A DNA stretch of 64,000 nucleotides from Hydrolagus affinis (taxonomy: Eukaryota): positions 62,001 through 126,000 of the forward strand of contig JAAILG010000140.1 of assembly GCA_012026655.1 (NCBI GenBank), in the 5' to 3' direction. The position numbers and the translations under genes are program-made. This document shows positions 37,340 to 48,160 of the stretch, piece by piece. How positions within the stretch are numbered: position 1 is the first letter of the stretch; every line of letters begins with the position of its first letter. The notes below the pieces were generated by a model, which saw only the letters and a program-made list of their open reading frames with translations, made no database searches and was not told where the DNA came from.

Positions 37340-37830
37340 AATTGATGGGCTAAAAAGCAACAGGTGAATTTTAATGGATCAATGGAAGGAAGTGAATTTT
37401 TAAAACATAAATAGTAAATAAAAACGGATTGCCATCAGCATAGTTGGAGAAGCAAAAAGAGTTTGAGTGTGATTATCAATCACTCATTAAAGATTTCCAG
37501 TCAAGTTGATGGCATTTTACTAGACAAACATTATTTATTCTAATCTTGAATAGAGCACAGGTGCGACTATGTCTATTTGTTGTGCGTGATCAGCCTACTT
37601 TTAAAAAGTACATGGAGGGACAGGAGAAGATCCACTAAGTGTGATTTGGGGCATAGCAATTCAACTGTTTATCAGAAGCCCACGTAACTCAAAGTATTAC
37701 TCTCTGTGGAAAAACAAGGGGAGACCAAATACAGGTTTTTTTTTAATGAACTGAAGTTGATGTGGCTACTATTAACCTATGTGAAAGCAAAATCAAAGGG
37801 TTTAGGTTTATTCTTGAAAAGCCTCAAAAG
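37340..37830 (+). mobile_element. Highly degenerate CR1 RT C-terminal remnant
   Basis: Fragments translate as WAKKQQVNFN and LSVIINHSLKISSQ, resembling CR1 WA..WQM.FN and LGV..D.SL..S.Q. Confidence 0.5.
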
Positions 37831-40558
37831 TGAATGTCATAATCTATAACAGGGATTTGGCATCAAAGTTAGAATCATATAACAGTGAAGTAGATTTTTG
37901 AAGCCAGATGAAGACATGTTGTGCTATAAAATAATTATTTGGGGGAAGAAATGTGGTGCTAACTAACTCCTTCAGAAAGTAAGCGACTAAGTATTTGATT
38001 GGGAATAGTGTTAGATGTATAGACTGAAATGAACTGTCGGACACAACAGTTTAGGTGTTGCTTACCCTGGTTGGGTGGGAATGTTGCCTATGTGGGAAAG
38101 GAGGTCAGATATCAATAGTGGACATTTGGGGCTTCCGGAATATTCTGGTGTTATTACTGATTACGTTTGGGAATCTGGAGTGTCTATGTTAAACGTTTCC
38201 CCAGCAAATAGAATGCATCAAGTCCATGATCGTTGGTGTTATCTAGGACGTTGAAGGAATGGACTTCATGGGCAGAACCTATTTTTACGTTATTTGTTTT
38301 CAATGCAAGCCATCTGTACATTATTTTTTCATTAACTTTTTTAGTTAGATTCATGAAGCACAAATTTGTACTGCCACCTTTTCGCAAGTGCTGAAAGAAA
38401 GGAAACAGGACACTATGCTAAAGTACACGGCACATTTTACTGAATAATGTTTCTCAGGAGTTCTGGCTGTCAGTATTGACTTATGGCTTCCTGAGAAGTG
38501 AATTAGTGCATCTGATTAAAGTTACATTAACAGAAACACAGCTTGATATTTTTACTGAAGCAGTTCTCTCCAAACTTAAATGAAGGGTATGAATTATTGA
38601 ATTGATGTATTGACGTTTTTTCATGGACGGCTTAACTGGATATTCAATGGCTGGTAAACAGAAAATAATATTAAAATGCAAAAAAAAACAGCAGTCCAAG
38701 TAATTCAAAACCATTCTATTGACCAACAACCTTTTATACCAATGGCAAAGTGCAAAGTACAAGCTAAGAAACAAATTAATATGAAAATAAATGTCCTGTT
38801 CTGGTCTGCTGGCATGATATCACAATCTAATAGTAAAAAAAAATGTAGCCATTAGCAGACTGATTTTATGTTTCAGTGGTGTCAAGTTATGACACTAATT
38901 ATAATACTTATGTTATCAGATATGGCCTAAATAAAATATACATTTGCACTATTAGGATAAAATGCTGAAGCCAATGGCACTGTTTCACCACAAGGCTAAG
39001 GTTAATTGACATCTCTGAAAATCTCTCCTGAACAATGGCAATACTGCACCATTCCACATGACAAATAATGACCCTTTTCTGATACATGCAAACATCTTAA
39101 GGATAGCATCATTTTAACTATACACTTTTCAGAGACGCCTGATGGAACGTACTCATATGTGGATATCAGGTGAAGACAGGATTGATTTCAACTGTGATGT
39201 CCCAAGTCTGAATAGTAGTTGAGGCTGATTTCAATACCCAGTTCAGAGGTCAATTGAAGATCTCCAAAGGAGATCTATCAGTACATATGCCTTAAAAGTT
39301 AAAATTATTGATGTGTAATTAGTTCTAATTAATGCTCAAAACATGTCATAATAAAATTGAAAAACAACATTAGCTCCTTTACTACTCTGAGTGAGAATGA
39401 CAGAATCATTTAAAAAAAACGATGATAACCCAATTCACTATGGCTTTTCCTAACGACATTTCCAAATTTGGAACTAAACAAGACACTTAGAAACAATAAA
39501 TCTGTTTCTGAATCTGATAATGCACAAGCAGATTTGATTCATGTGCTCTGGTTTCAATTAGAGATAAATGAACTTTATACATTACAAATCTGCTTAAATA
39601 TACAACCATAATTCCCACCCACAACAAAACACTCTTAAAATTTAATTTGCTTTGATCAATCATAGCTCTATCATTTCCAAATGTACATTACAATATAGTT
39701 ACTTGTGCTTTATGTTTATAATTAATACAGCTGGCAACTGCAACATGATTTCCTTATTAAGACTTTGAACTTATTAGAAAAATACTTGATTATTTAAGTG
39801 TGAGTCATTACAGCTCTACTGCCAGCTATTTGAGAAATCCTGCTGAAGTGTGTTTGTTGTGCATGTTTTGTTGTCAGCTGACTTTCAGGCTGGCTGCTGA
39901 TCTCTTCTGATATACAGTACATGACACACCAATGAGACACGGTCTTTAATCAGAATGATGAGGATTCAAGGGTACAGCATTGTCAGTGGGTTGAATTAAG
40001 TCAGCAGTTAGCAGCTGTGTGCACAAGTCAGATGGAATGAACAATTTTTGAAAAATCCACAGGGGTTAAGGAATCACTGGTGGAAATGTTACGCTTTCAG
40101 ATAAACTCAAAAAGTCATGCAGATGCTAGCATTTCCACAGCTGTAAAGCATTAAGTCACATAAATGCAGTGTTACCTTGCCTTAATGATCTTTGTCACCA
40201 CCGAATGTTCTGAAGTGCTTTGAGAGTTATCTGAAAATAAGTGTGCTACACTGTGAAGGAAAGGATAGGGACATGTATAAAAAGTAAACATTAGCTCGTC
40301 TCCCATCACTGTGCAAGCCTATAATTTGATCAAAGTAACTTGTGAGTGTTAAGGGTTAATCAAAGTAACTTGTGAGGGAACAATTTGGTGTAAGCATTTT
40401 ACTTTAAAATCCGAGCATTGTTTTGCCTAACAAACAGAAAAGTCTTCATTTATGTTAGAATAATTGACAATGACTTGGTAAGATTCTGTATGTCGTTGCT
40501 TTTAATGTTTGTGATATGTTACACCTACATTATTTATTGTTAGATACTCATTTAATAT

Positions 40559-40742
40559 AATAATAAATTGGTCATTTCATTCCACAACTGTTTGTGGGAC
40601 ACTGCTCTGTCCAATTGACTGCTGGATTTTGCCCACAAATATACAGTCAATTCACTTTACTGTATATTCTGTGAAACACTTTGAGATGTCTAGAAGATGT
40701 GAAAAGCGCTATATCAAATGCACAGATTATTATTATTATTAT
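40559..40742 (+). mobile_element. 5'-truncated SINE flanked by ~39-bp direct repeats
   Basis: Core plus tail of the family; flanks 40521-40559 and 40753-40791 are near-identical. Confidence 0.92.
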
Positions 40743-41480
40743 CTTAATACAAACACCTACATTATTTCTTGCAAGATAATCATTTAATATATGCCTAAAA
40801 TGAAGGTGAATTCTTTACAATGTTTAATTCATTATCGGTACATTCAAAGATTATTAAGCCTAGATATAATATAGTATGAGTAGGGAAGCATCATGTGGCT
40901 GCTCACTGTGATGTTGGTAAATGCATTAGGGGTTTATCAGGAGTCTACACGCAGACCCTCGGAAAATTGATAATGCAGTACTGGCAAGTGAACTTAAATT
41001 CAGTAAGAACTGTCTACCGAAAAGGGTGTCGATTCACCAACAGGGTTAAAACATAAAAGGCCACTGATGGTGTTGGACAGTCGGTTGCTGAATGGAGATG
41101 CTTTATTATGGAAGAGAAGTTAGGACAGTTACTGGGTGGTTGATGACAGCAGGTGGTTGCTGAATAGACGTGGTTGTTTTAATGAGTTTAAGTGAAGTAA
41201 ACTGACAGCAAGAAAATAGTGATGCCATTCAGTCCATCCATCTGGCCAGGACAATATTATGATCTTTACATCTGATAATACCAAGTCAGGAGGATGTCTG
41301 ACAGCACTTAACAGTGTAAATCAACAGTATGTATTTTGTAGGCAAAAAATTTATTTAGGCTCAAATTTCAAAGTTTAGTTCTGCCACTGGCCCAAACTGT
41401 TCTTTACTTTCAAAATAAATTATTTTATTTCATATATTTTCTAATGGCTCTTATTTTCCTTATTTATTTTCTATACTATT

Positions 41481-41745
41481 ATAATAATCCTTGCATTTGA
41501 TATAGTTCCCAATCATGTCTTCGAGACGTCTCAAAGTATTTCACAGGGTAGACGGTAAAATGAATTGCCTGTATATTTTGTGGACAAAATGCTTATACCA
41601 ATCTGCACACAGCAATGTCCCACAAATAACCATGGAGTGAATGAATAATTTTATCTGGGGGGAATTGTTTGCCAGGACCCTGGAAAAAAAAATCACTTCT
41701 CTTTCTGAATTGTGCTTTAACCTCCAGCAGTTTCATGTCTCATTC
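41481..41745 (-). mobile_element. Older SINE: family tail joined to a longer Deu domain
   Basis: Tail/core at 41481-41650 continues into TTTGCCAGGACCCTGG...CTTCTCTTTCTGAATTGTGC...TTTCATGTCTCATTC, a Deu-domain-like reverse complement. Confidence 0.75.
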
Positions 41746-41917
41746 AACTATGTACTCACTGCATTAATAGAGGGATATTCTGGACCTGAGAAGCAGCCTG
41801 CTTCACCTCCCCACTGCCCTATTGCTGCAAGCCTTCAGCCATTCTGTCCCCCACCCTCTGCACCTACATCCCGCCGTCCCTCCGCCTCACCCCATCCCTC
41901 GCTTCCTTTTTGTTCAA

Positions 41918-42232
41918 TGGGACACTGCTGTGTGCAATTGACTGCCGCGTTTTGCCCACAAACATACAATCAATCCATTTTTTTTAAGAGAGAACTAGAT
42001 AGGTATCTGGGGAAGACGGGTTGGCAGGGTTATGGGGAGAAAGCTGGTGATCGGGGTTAACAAAAGTGACTTGCTCGGTCAAAGAGCCGGCACAGACTTG
42101 ATGGGTCGAATGGCCTCCTTCTGTGCCGTAACATTCTATGATTCTGTGAATTCACTTTACACTATGTTGTATGAAGCACTTTGAGACGTCGAGAAGACGT
42201 GAAAAGCTCTGTATCAAATGCAAAGATTATTC
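41918..42232 (+). mobile_element. SINE 3' half interrupted by a CR1 insertion
   Basis: Core GGGACACTGCTGTGTGCAATTGACTGCCGCG to about 41978; tail resumes at ATTCACTTTAC about 42150. Confidence 0.88.
41979..42149 (+). mobile_element. CR1 LINE 3' end (shark-type)
   Basis: Encodes FKRELDRYLGKTGWQGYGEKAGDRG*; 3' UTR GATGGGTCGAATGGCCTCCTTCTGTGCCGTAAC ending in the CR1 octamer repeat ATTCTATG-ATTCTGTG. Confidence 0.92.
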
Positions 42233-42244
42233 TTGTTCTTATTC

Positions 42245-42420
42245 TCCTTCAGGACCCACCTCAACGGCCTCCTCTTTGACCGAGCTTTCAACCCTCTTCC
42301 CTCCCTGCCCTCCCAAATCCCTACCCCCAGCTCGAGTCCGGAATACAGTCTGACCAGCGCCTTGCGAGGTCCTTCCCGACGTGAAAGGCGCCATACGAAT
42401 GTAATTTTGTTGTTCTTGTT
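42245..42420 (+). mobile_element. L2 family A 3' end
   Basis: CCTTCAGG...CAGCGCCTTGCGAGGTCCTTCCCGACGTGAAAGGCGCCATACGAATGTAATTTTGTTGTT. Confidence 0.88.
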
Positions 42421-43567
42421 TCAGTTAACAAATACTGTTCGCAGGTTGACCATCTGGGATTGATTTCTCCTGTGACATCAGTGGGATACATCCACTGACA
42501 TCACAAAAATAGCAATCTACTCAACTCATTCATTCTCAACGTCTTTGCTCGAGTTTCATTACCGGATGGTGAATCAGACCGGCTTCCAGGTACAATTGTA
42601 TCTGATTAAACGTCTGAATTTCCAGCCTTAAAACTCAGGGGGCAAGTCGGTGTTGCAGTGTGTGGGACTGTTCCAAGCTGGTGGACGTGGTGTGGAACTT
42701 AAGCATCGTTTTAACGGGAAGCCAGATGCTGTCTCTTTCAGGGGGTGGTGGGGGGATGTGGGGGTGTGTGTTGTGGCTATACAGTTGTGAGAAGTGTTCA
42801 CCACTGCTCAAATCCAGAAAACCTTAACAGGAGGGAGAGAAACTCCATCAGATTCGTTACACAGATTGATTTTTTTAATATTAAAAAAAAGGTTGTTGGG
42901 AGGTGGGGGGGGTTGTTTTTTTTCTTATTACTGTGACTCTACGGGCTGGTAAATGAATTCACTCAATAGTGGCAGTACTGTACTGTACAACTAATCTGAC
43001 CACTGGCTTTTCTTTATAAGTGAGTTGGTTTCAATTGAACAAAAAGCTTTTTTAACAAGTGCCAATTTCCCGTCCAGATTTGTTCAGGAAAGTTCACATT
43101 TCTCTCTCACTTTGAAGAGTACACATGGGGGTTTGTAAATTGACCTGATGTATTCTTTGTTTTTTTAATATATATATATACAGTATATATATATAAACGC
43201 CCTTAAACAGTGTGCTTTTGTGTGTTGTTTTTAAAATAGCTTTTTCTTGTGGGTGAGGAGGTTGGAGAGAGAGGAGGGGGAGTGAGTGACTGACTGAGTG
43301 ACTGAGTGAGGGACAGGAGAGGTGGGTGTAAAATGCGTAAGTTGAATGCGTTTCAATGCGAATTATGACAAGCATCGAGTGGTGAGGGAGGAGGGGGATG
43401 GGGGGGGGTGACTACAGGTGACAAGTTGTCACACCTCAGTAACGTTAACACTACTGCCTGCCCTGCTCTCCCCAGGGACCACAGCAAACTGCTCTCACAA
43501 CTGATTACAAGTCTCTCTCTCTCTGTGTCTGTGTTTAAAACTCACTCACTTGCACCTCGGAGCCCAG

Positions 43568-43600
43568 TATGTGTGTGTGTTGAGAGAGAGAGAGAGAGAG
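43568..43600. repeat. (TG)n-(GA)n compound microsatellite
   Basis: Seen directly. Confidence 0.9.
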
Positions 43601-43687
43601 TTTTGCTCTATACCCTTTTCAATGTTTTAAACTCGTTCTTTTTAAAGTTGATTTGAAGTCGATTCACTCCCCCCTTTCCCTCGGAAG

Positions 43688-43696
43688 ATGGCGGCG
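43688..43696 (+). CDS. First coding exon (Met-Ala-Ala, phase 0) of an unidentified gene; intron 1 starts at 43697
   Basis: GGAAG-ATG-GCG-GCG|GTAAGT: strong Kozak context (A at -3, G at +4), TISU consensus and consensus 5' splice donor inside a promoter-like region; no convincing exon 2 found in the window. Confidence 0.62.
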
Positions 43697-43745
43697 GTAA
43701 GTTGCATTAAAGTTAGAACTGATTCATTAGAATATAAAGAGAAAG

Positions 43746-43766
43746 ATATATATATATATATATATA
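43746..43766. repeat. (TA)n microsatellite
   Basis: Seen directly. Confidence 0.95.
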
Positions 43767-43899
43767 TTAAACCCACACACAAAAGAAGTGTGGAGTGTGG
43801 GGAGGGGGTGGGGGGGGTGAGTTTAAATCCAGTAGTTTCTTCTTGTTGGTGGTGGTGATTGTGGTATTGTAAATAGTTTTTTTCCTTGCCATTTATTTG

Positions 43900-43938
43900 G
43901 TGTGTGTGTGTGTGTGTGTGTGAGTGAGAGGAGAGAGA
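43900..43938. repeat. (GT)n microsatellite grading into (GA)n
   Basis: Seen directly. Confidence 0.9.
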
Positions 43939-44094
43939 TTTCTTTTTTGCGCTTGTCTGTGTTCTTACGTGGCTGCTGAGTTTGGTGGGAAAGTTTGTTT
44001 TGAGGGGGTGGTGTGGGAGGAGTGAGGCTGAGATGTGGTTGCTTCCCCCCCCCCACCCCTGTTGCCAGCTGTTTACATGGTGACCTGGCTCGAC

Positions 44095-44150
44095 ACTCAC
44101 TAACTAACTAGCTAACTAACTAGCTAGCTAACTGACTGACCGACTGACTC
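44095..44150. repeat. Degenerate tetranucleotide repeat (CTAA/CTAG/CTGA)n
   Basis: ACTCACTAACTAACTAGCTAACTAACTAGCTAGCTAACTGACTGACCGACTGACTC. Confidence 0.9.
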
Positions 44151-45044
44151 GATAATAATGATAGTAACTGCTTCACAACCTTTGTTAAATATCAGTTTAA
44201 ACCCATCGACTTCCATTCCCAACCCAGTCCCTCACAGGCTCCTATATCTCCCACTCTGATTGATGCGCGTTGTGGATACTCGAGTTGGAGGGAGAACCCC
44301 CCCCCTCCCTCTTTAACTGATCCTGAAGGGTTGAAACTGCCCTGCTTTATCTGACTGTATTTAAGTTACCACCGATTATGTGATGTAACAAATGAGGGCG
44401 ATTTTTTTTAAAAAAAACTCATTTTAGGAGAGTGACAAGCTTTTGAAATGTGTGTGTGTATATATATGTGTGTGTGTACAATCTTTATATAACTTTTTAA
44501 ACCCTCTCCCTCTCCATTTAGCGGATATGTGTAAATAGGAACAATACTGGCATTATTCGTGTGCGTTGAGATCTTTTTCTAATCTAATTTGAGTTTCAAA
44601 TGAAGGTGGAAACGTCACGTTTCATTGCGGGGTTTGTTTCTCTTTGCCTCGTCCCGGTTGACAGATCGTTTGTTTCAAGCAAGTTCGGTTCATAAGTAAC
44701 ACTGAATCTTGGTTTAGAAGTACTGTACTGTTATTGTTGTATGAAGGCTTCCAAAGTCTACTCACAAAGTACAACGGGAAACTCCGAGGGATTGCGTTGA
44801 GGATACATGACTTCGTTGGAGGAGTGAGTTAGTTAGAGGACAAAACACTGGTTGAATAACCTTTAATTCTACTGGATTTCTGTGGTTCTGTAACCACTGT
44901 ACTGTACCACAAAAGGAAACAACAGGTAATATGAAGTTCAGTACAGGTAATTATTACAGGTATTATTGTGTGATAATAGGTCGATTTTGGAGGCACATGT
45001 TGACTGTTGTGCATGAGTTAGAACTTGTCAAGGAGGATGTTGAG

Positions 45045-45135
45045 AAACACCAGACTTTTGGTTGACTCATCGTTAACCATGTTCAAACAGTGTGAGCAGC
45101 AACAAACAAGGCAAACTGAATGGTGGGTGCATTAC
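45045..45135 (+). mobile_element. CR1 RT C-terminal remnant
   Basis: Translates as LLVDSSLTMFKQC..(frameshift)..AATNKAN*MVG, resembling CR1 LGV.VD.SL.MS.QC..A..KAN.MLG. Confidence 0.65.
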
Positions 45136-45241
45136 TAATTTAGTCTAACCTCCCCCGAAGTCGTGCTCATGCTAGTGTGGTCTGCCAAGAGAACTCGGGT
45201 AAGGGTTTGGTGACTGCAACATAATGCAGTTGGCTGGGTCA

Positions 45242-45602
45242 CAAAACAACAACAAAATGACATTTATAGAGAGAGCGCCTTTCACATCGGGAGGACGTCC
45301 CAAGGCGCTGAACGGTCAGGGGTCGGGACCCGATCATGGGAGAGGGAGAAGGTGGTGGGGGATGGTGGTGGGCGGGTGAGGTGAAGGGAGGGAGAGAAGT
45401 GGGAAGGCGGCAGAAGGCATGATCGAAAATGAGGGTCTTGAGAATGGTCTTGAAGGAGGCAAGGGAGGAAGCGAGGGGAAGGGACTGTGGGATAGAGTTC
45501 TAGAGCATGGGGGCAGAGAGGCCTGAGAGCCCGGCAGATTTGGGCGGGAGATATGGAGCAGACTGGCGCCCGCTGCACAGAGGGGTGGGCAGGTTGGTAA
45601 GG
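45242..45602 (-). mobile_element. L2 family A 3' end
   Basis: (CAA)n...AGCGCCTTTCACATCGGGAGGACGTCCCAAGGCGCTGAAC, then the reverse complement of the L2 3' ORF/UTR. Confidence 0.92.
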
Positions 45603-45687
45603 CAATAGGGCCAATATTACATATATTGTAGCAACAAACTTGATTATGGGAACTTAGATGAACAGCTAGAGATAAAATAATGATATT

Positions 45688-45733
45688 AATAATCCTTGCA
45701 TTTGATATAGCGCTTTTCACGCCTTCTAGATGT
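45688..45733 (-). mobile_element. SINE tail fragment
   Basis: AATAATCCTTGCATTTGATATAGCGCTTTTCACGCCTTCTAGATG. Confidence 0.8.
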
Positions 45734-48072
45734 TATGCTCATTCTGTCTATAGAGATATAAAACGCTATATCTGATTAGAGGAGGTGAACATGGAAGAAT
45801 TATTTCAGATGTGTTAAGGTAGGGTCTAATATTGGTACATTGTAAGATGAACACCAGGATTCTTTTTACACCTATCACAATCAACAGATAGAATATAGTA
45901 TAGCAACAGCAAGAAACTGTCAACACTGTAATAGCAAGATGGTAGGGCTGATATTCTGGAATGATAAATGAATTAAATGAATTGAAGAGCTAAACTCCTA
46001 CTCCTAAACTCTCTAGTGATCTCTTATTGAATGCTGATGTGCTCTCTCTCCCCTATAGGCTGCTTTGAACCTTTCCAGGCCACCAGCAGTGCAAACAATA
46101 TTCACTTCATATTGGTGCATTGACTCGTCTCCGCAGATGCATACAGTACACTTATAACATCCATCAGTTTTTCGCAGTTCACGTTCTACATTCTTGAGAC
46201 AGAAGCAAAAACAGCTGTTGGGTCTTCAAATAGAGAATGGTCTCCATTGCAGGGTGTCATATACTGATGTAAATGTGGCTTAATCTGGAGAAAAGATAAT
46301 GTATAGGCACCGTATCAGGTTTATTAAGTTTGGATGAAAGATTTCTTTGTTTTTTTTCATGTCAAATGGCTATGTGGTGATAGCTACTGATAACTCGTCC
46401 CCCTTCACCAAGCTCTTTAGATAGAGAGCCAAATGGGACTCTTGCAGCTGTACATAGGACATGTTCCACACTGGCCTCTTACATAGAGTCTGGGGCTAAT
46501 TATATTTGAAACCATTTCAAGAACTTTAGACGCTTGTATGATGTACCACACAAGGAATATCATGTTTAAGGAAAGGAAGCTCAACTGGACCATTCAATAA
46601 GCTGTTTCTTTGGCAGATTCTAACTGTTAAATTTCCAAGACCTTGAGTTAGATGTGACCAGAGATTAATCCTGTGTTTTTACTCATTTAGTTTCTGCAGA
46701 AGAGTGAAACAGCTGATTTATATGTTCCAATTTAGTTTACGGTTGCATCAGGGACGTTAGCTACTTGACAACAAATTGTGGATCCAGAATTTGGCAACTT
46801 TTTGACTTCAGTGTTATCTATGAAATCAGAAAAACGACTTCAGCAGCAAGACTGCATCTAAGAATTCGCTAAATTCTGGATGATCCGAAATGTTAATTTC
46901 AAACAAATCTAGACCCAGGTTGAACACTTTCCCCTACTTGTGGAGTACCCCAGTATGCTTTATGTTGCTGTCTCAATTACTGTCTGACTCAAACTGTAGA
47001 TGACGGTTACTTCCTCTAGTCACTCACTGTTCAACATAAAGTTCCAAAGTAGAATCCTCACCAATGTATCCATCCTCATCAAAATTGTGAAATTCTATGG
47101 AATACAAGATATTTAAAGCTATAAAAAGTCTAGATTATTCAGTAATACATAGTTTTCCATTACTTAGCAATGGGTCCACAGAAATAATTCAGAAAGTGAA
47201 TTTCATCATTTATGCATGAAACTTCTGAGTTCCAATTGCATTTCCCATTGGATAGGTGCATCTGTAAGCATTAACAGTTCTGAAACATAGCTGTTAAAAT
47301 GTTTTCTTTCAAACCCAAAGAAATGCTAAGCAGAAATGTTACGCTTTTATTTTTCAAAGGTCAGCTTTAGGATCCCCTGGCTCTTATAATTGCACTGCTT
47401 GACCTTTCCTCTTTGCTCCGAGTTCTGGATCTATGATTGACAGGAAGTTCAGGGCAAAACTTTGGATGTCAGTGGTGCGAGCAAGCAAACTGTGAATTCC
47501 TGAAATGGACCTCACTTCAAAAACTTGAAACCGTGTATTGTGGTTAGAGTTCCTCTGCTATTTCTCATAATTAACACAATCTTAAATGACTTAGGTGCAA
47601 TAGCAATCCTATATACGTTTTCTTGGTTTTAAAGTTTAGGAGTTACCTTTGTTTCTTTGAAATATCAAGAAATGTGTTTAAATATGTGACCTTTTACAAT
47701 TTACAAAGCTTGACTTGATACATTTTTTACACAGTAGCTGTGACATTTACGCTCCATTATATTTATTTTGTTTTCCTGGAGGTAGGAAGCTTCTTTCAGT
47801 TGTCTCTGGTAGGAAAGCTACTTCAAAGCAAATGTATGAACATAACATATATGCACTGTATGTAATGTATGTAATACAATCAAACTTAAGAACTGCTATT
47901 TATTGTTACCACTTATAATGCTCTATGTCAGGAAAGCACTCATTCCTATTAAACTTTAGGAGATGTCTAGTTTACGAATTATGTTTTCTTGTCTTTGATG
48001 TTTCTTGTAGCATAGTCAACCCAGTTCAGCAAACTATCTCTGGATCATTTTTAATAATGTGTACGAAAACAG

Positions 48073-48160
48073 AATAATAAATAATCCTTGCATTTGATAT
48101 AGAATCTTATCACATCATCAAGACACCTCACAGTTCTTCACAGAATATACTGTAAAGTGT
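48073..48160 (-). mobile_element. SINE tail fragment (GTGATAAG variant)
   Basis: Matches the reverse complement of the family tail. Confidence 0.78.

Larger units (their letters stand above)
42540..44820 (+). promoter_or_regulatory. Promoter / non-methylated-island-like region around the first exon
   Basis: Visibly higher CpG density than background, no interspersed repeats, many G-runs and microsatellites, TISU/YY1 motif GAAGATGGCGGC at 43684-43695. Confidence 0.65.

Noticed and set aside
43094-44100. ORFs of 77-152 aa across the promoter
   Set aside because: Translations of microsatellites and G/C runs (HTHT, IYIY, ERER)
46040-46135. Possible exon 2 after CTCTCCCCTATAG (AALNLSRPPAVQ...)
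   Set aside because: No good donor before the in-frame stop, and the peptide is not recognisable
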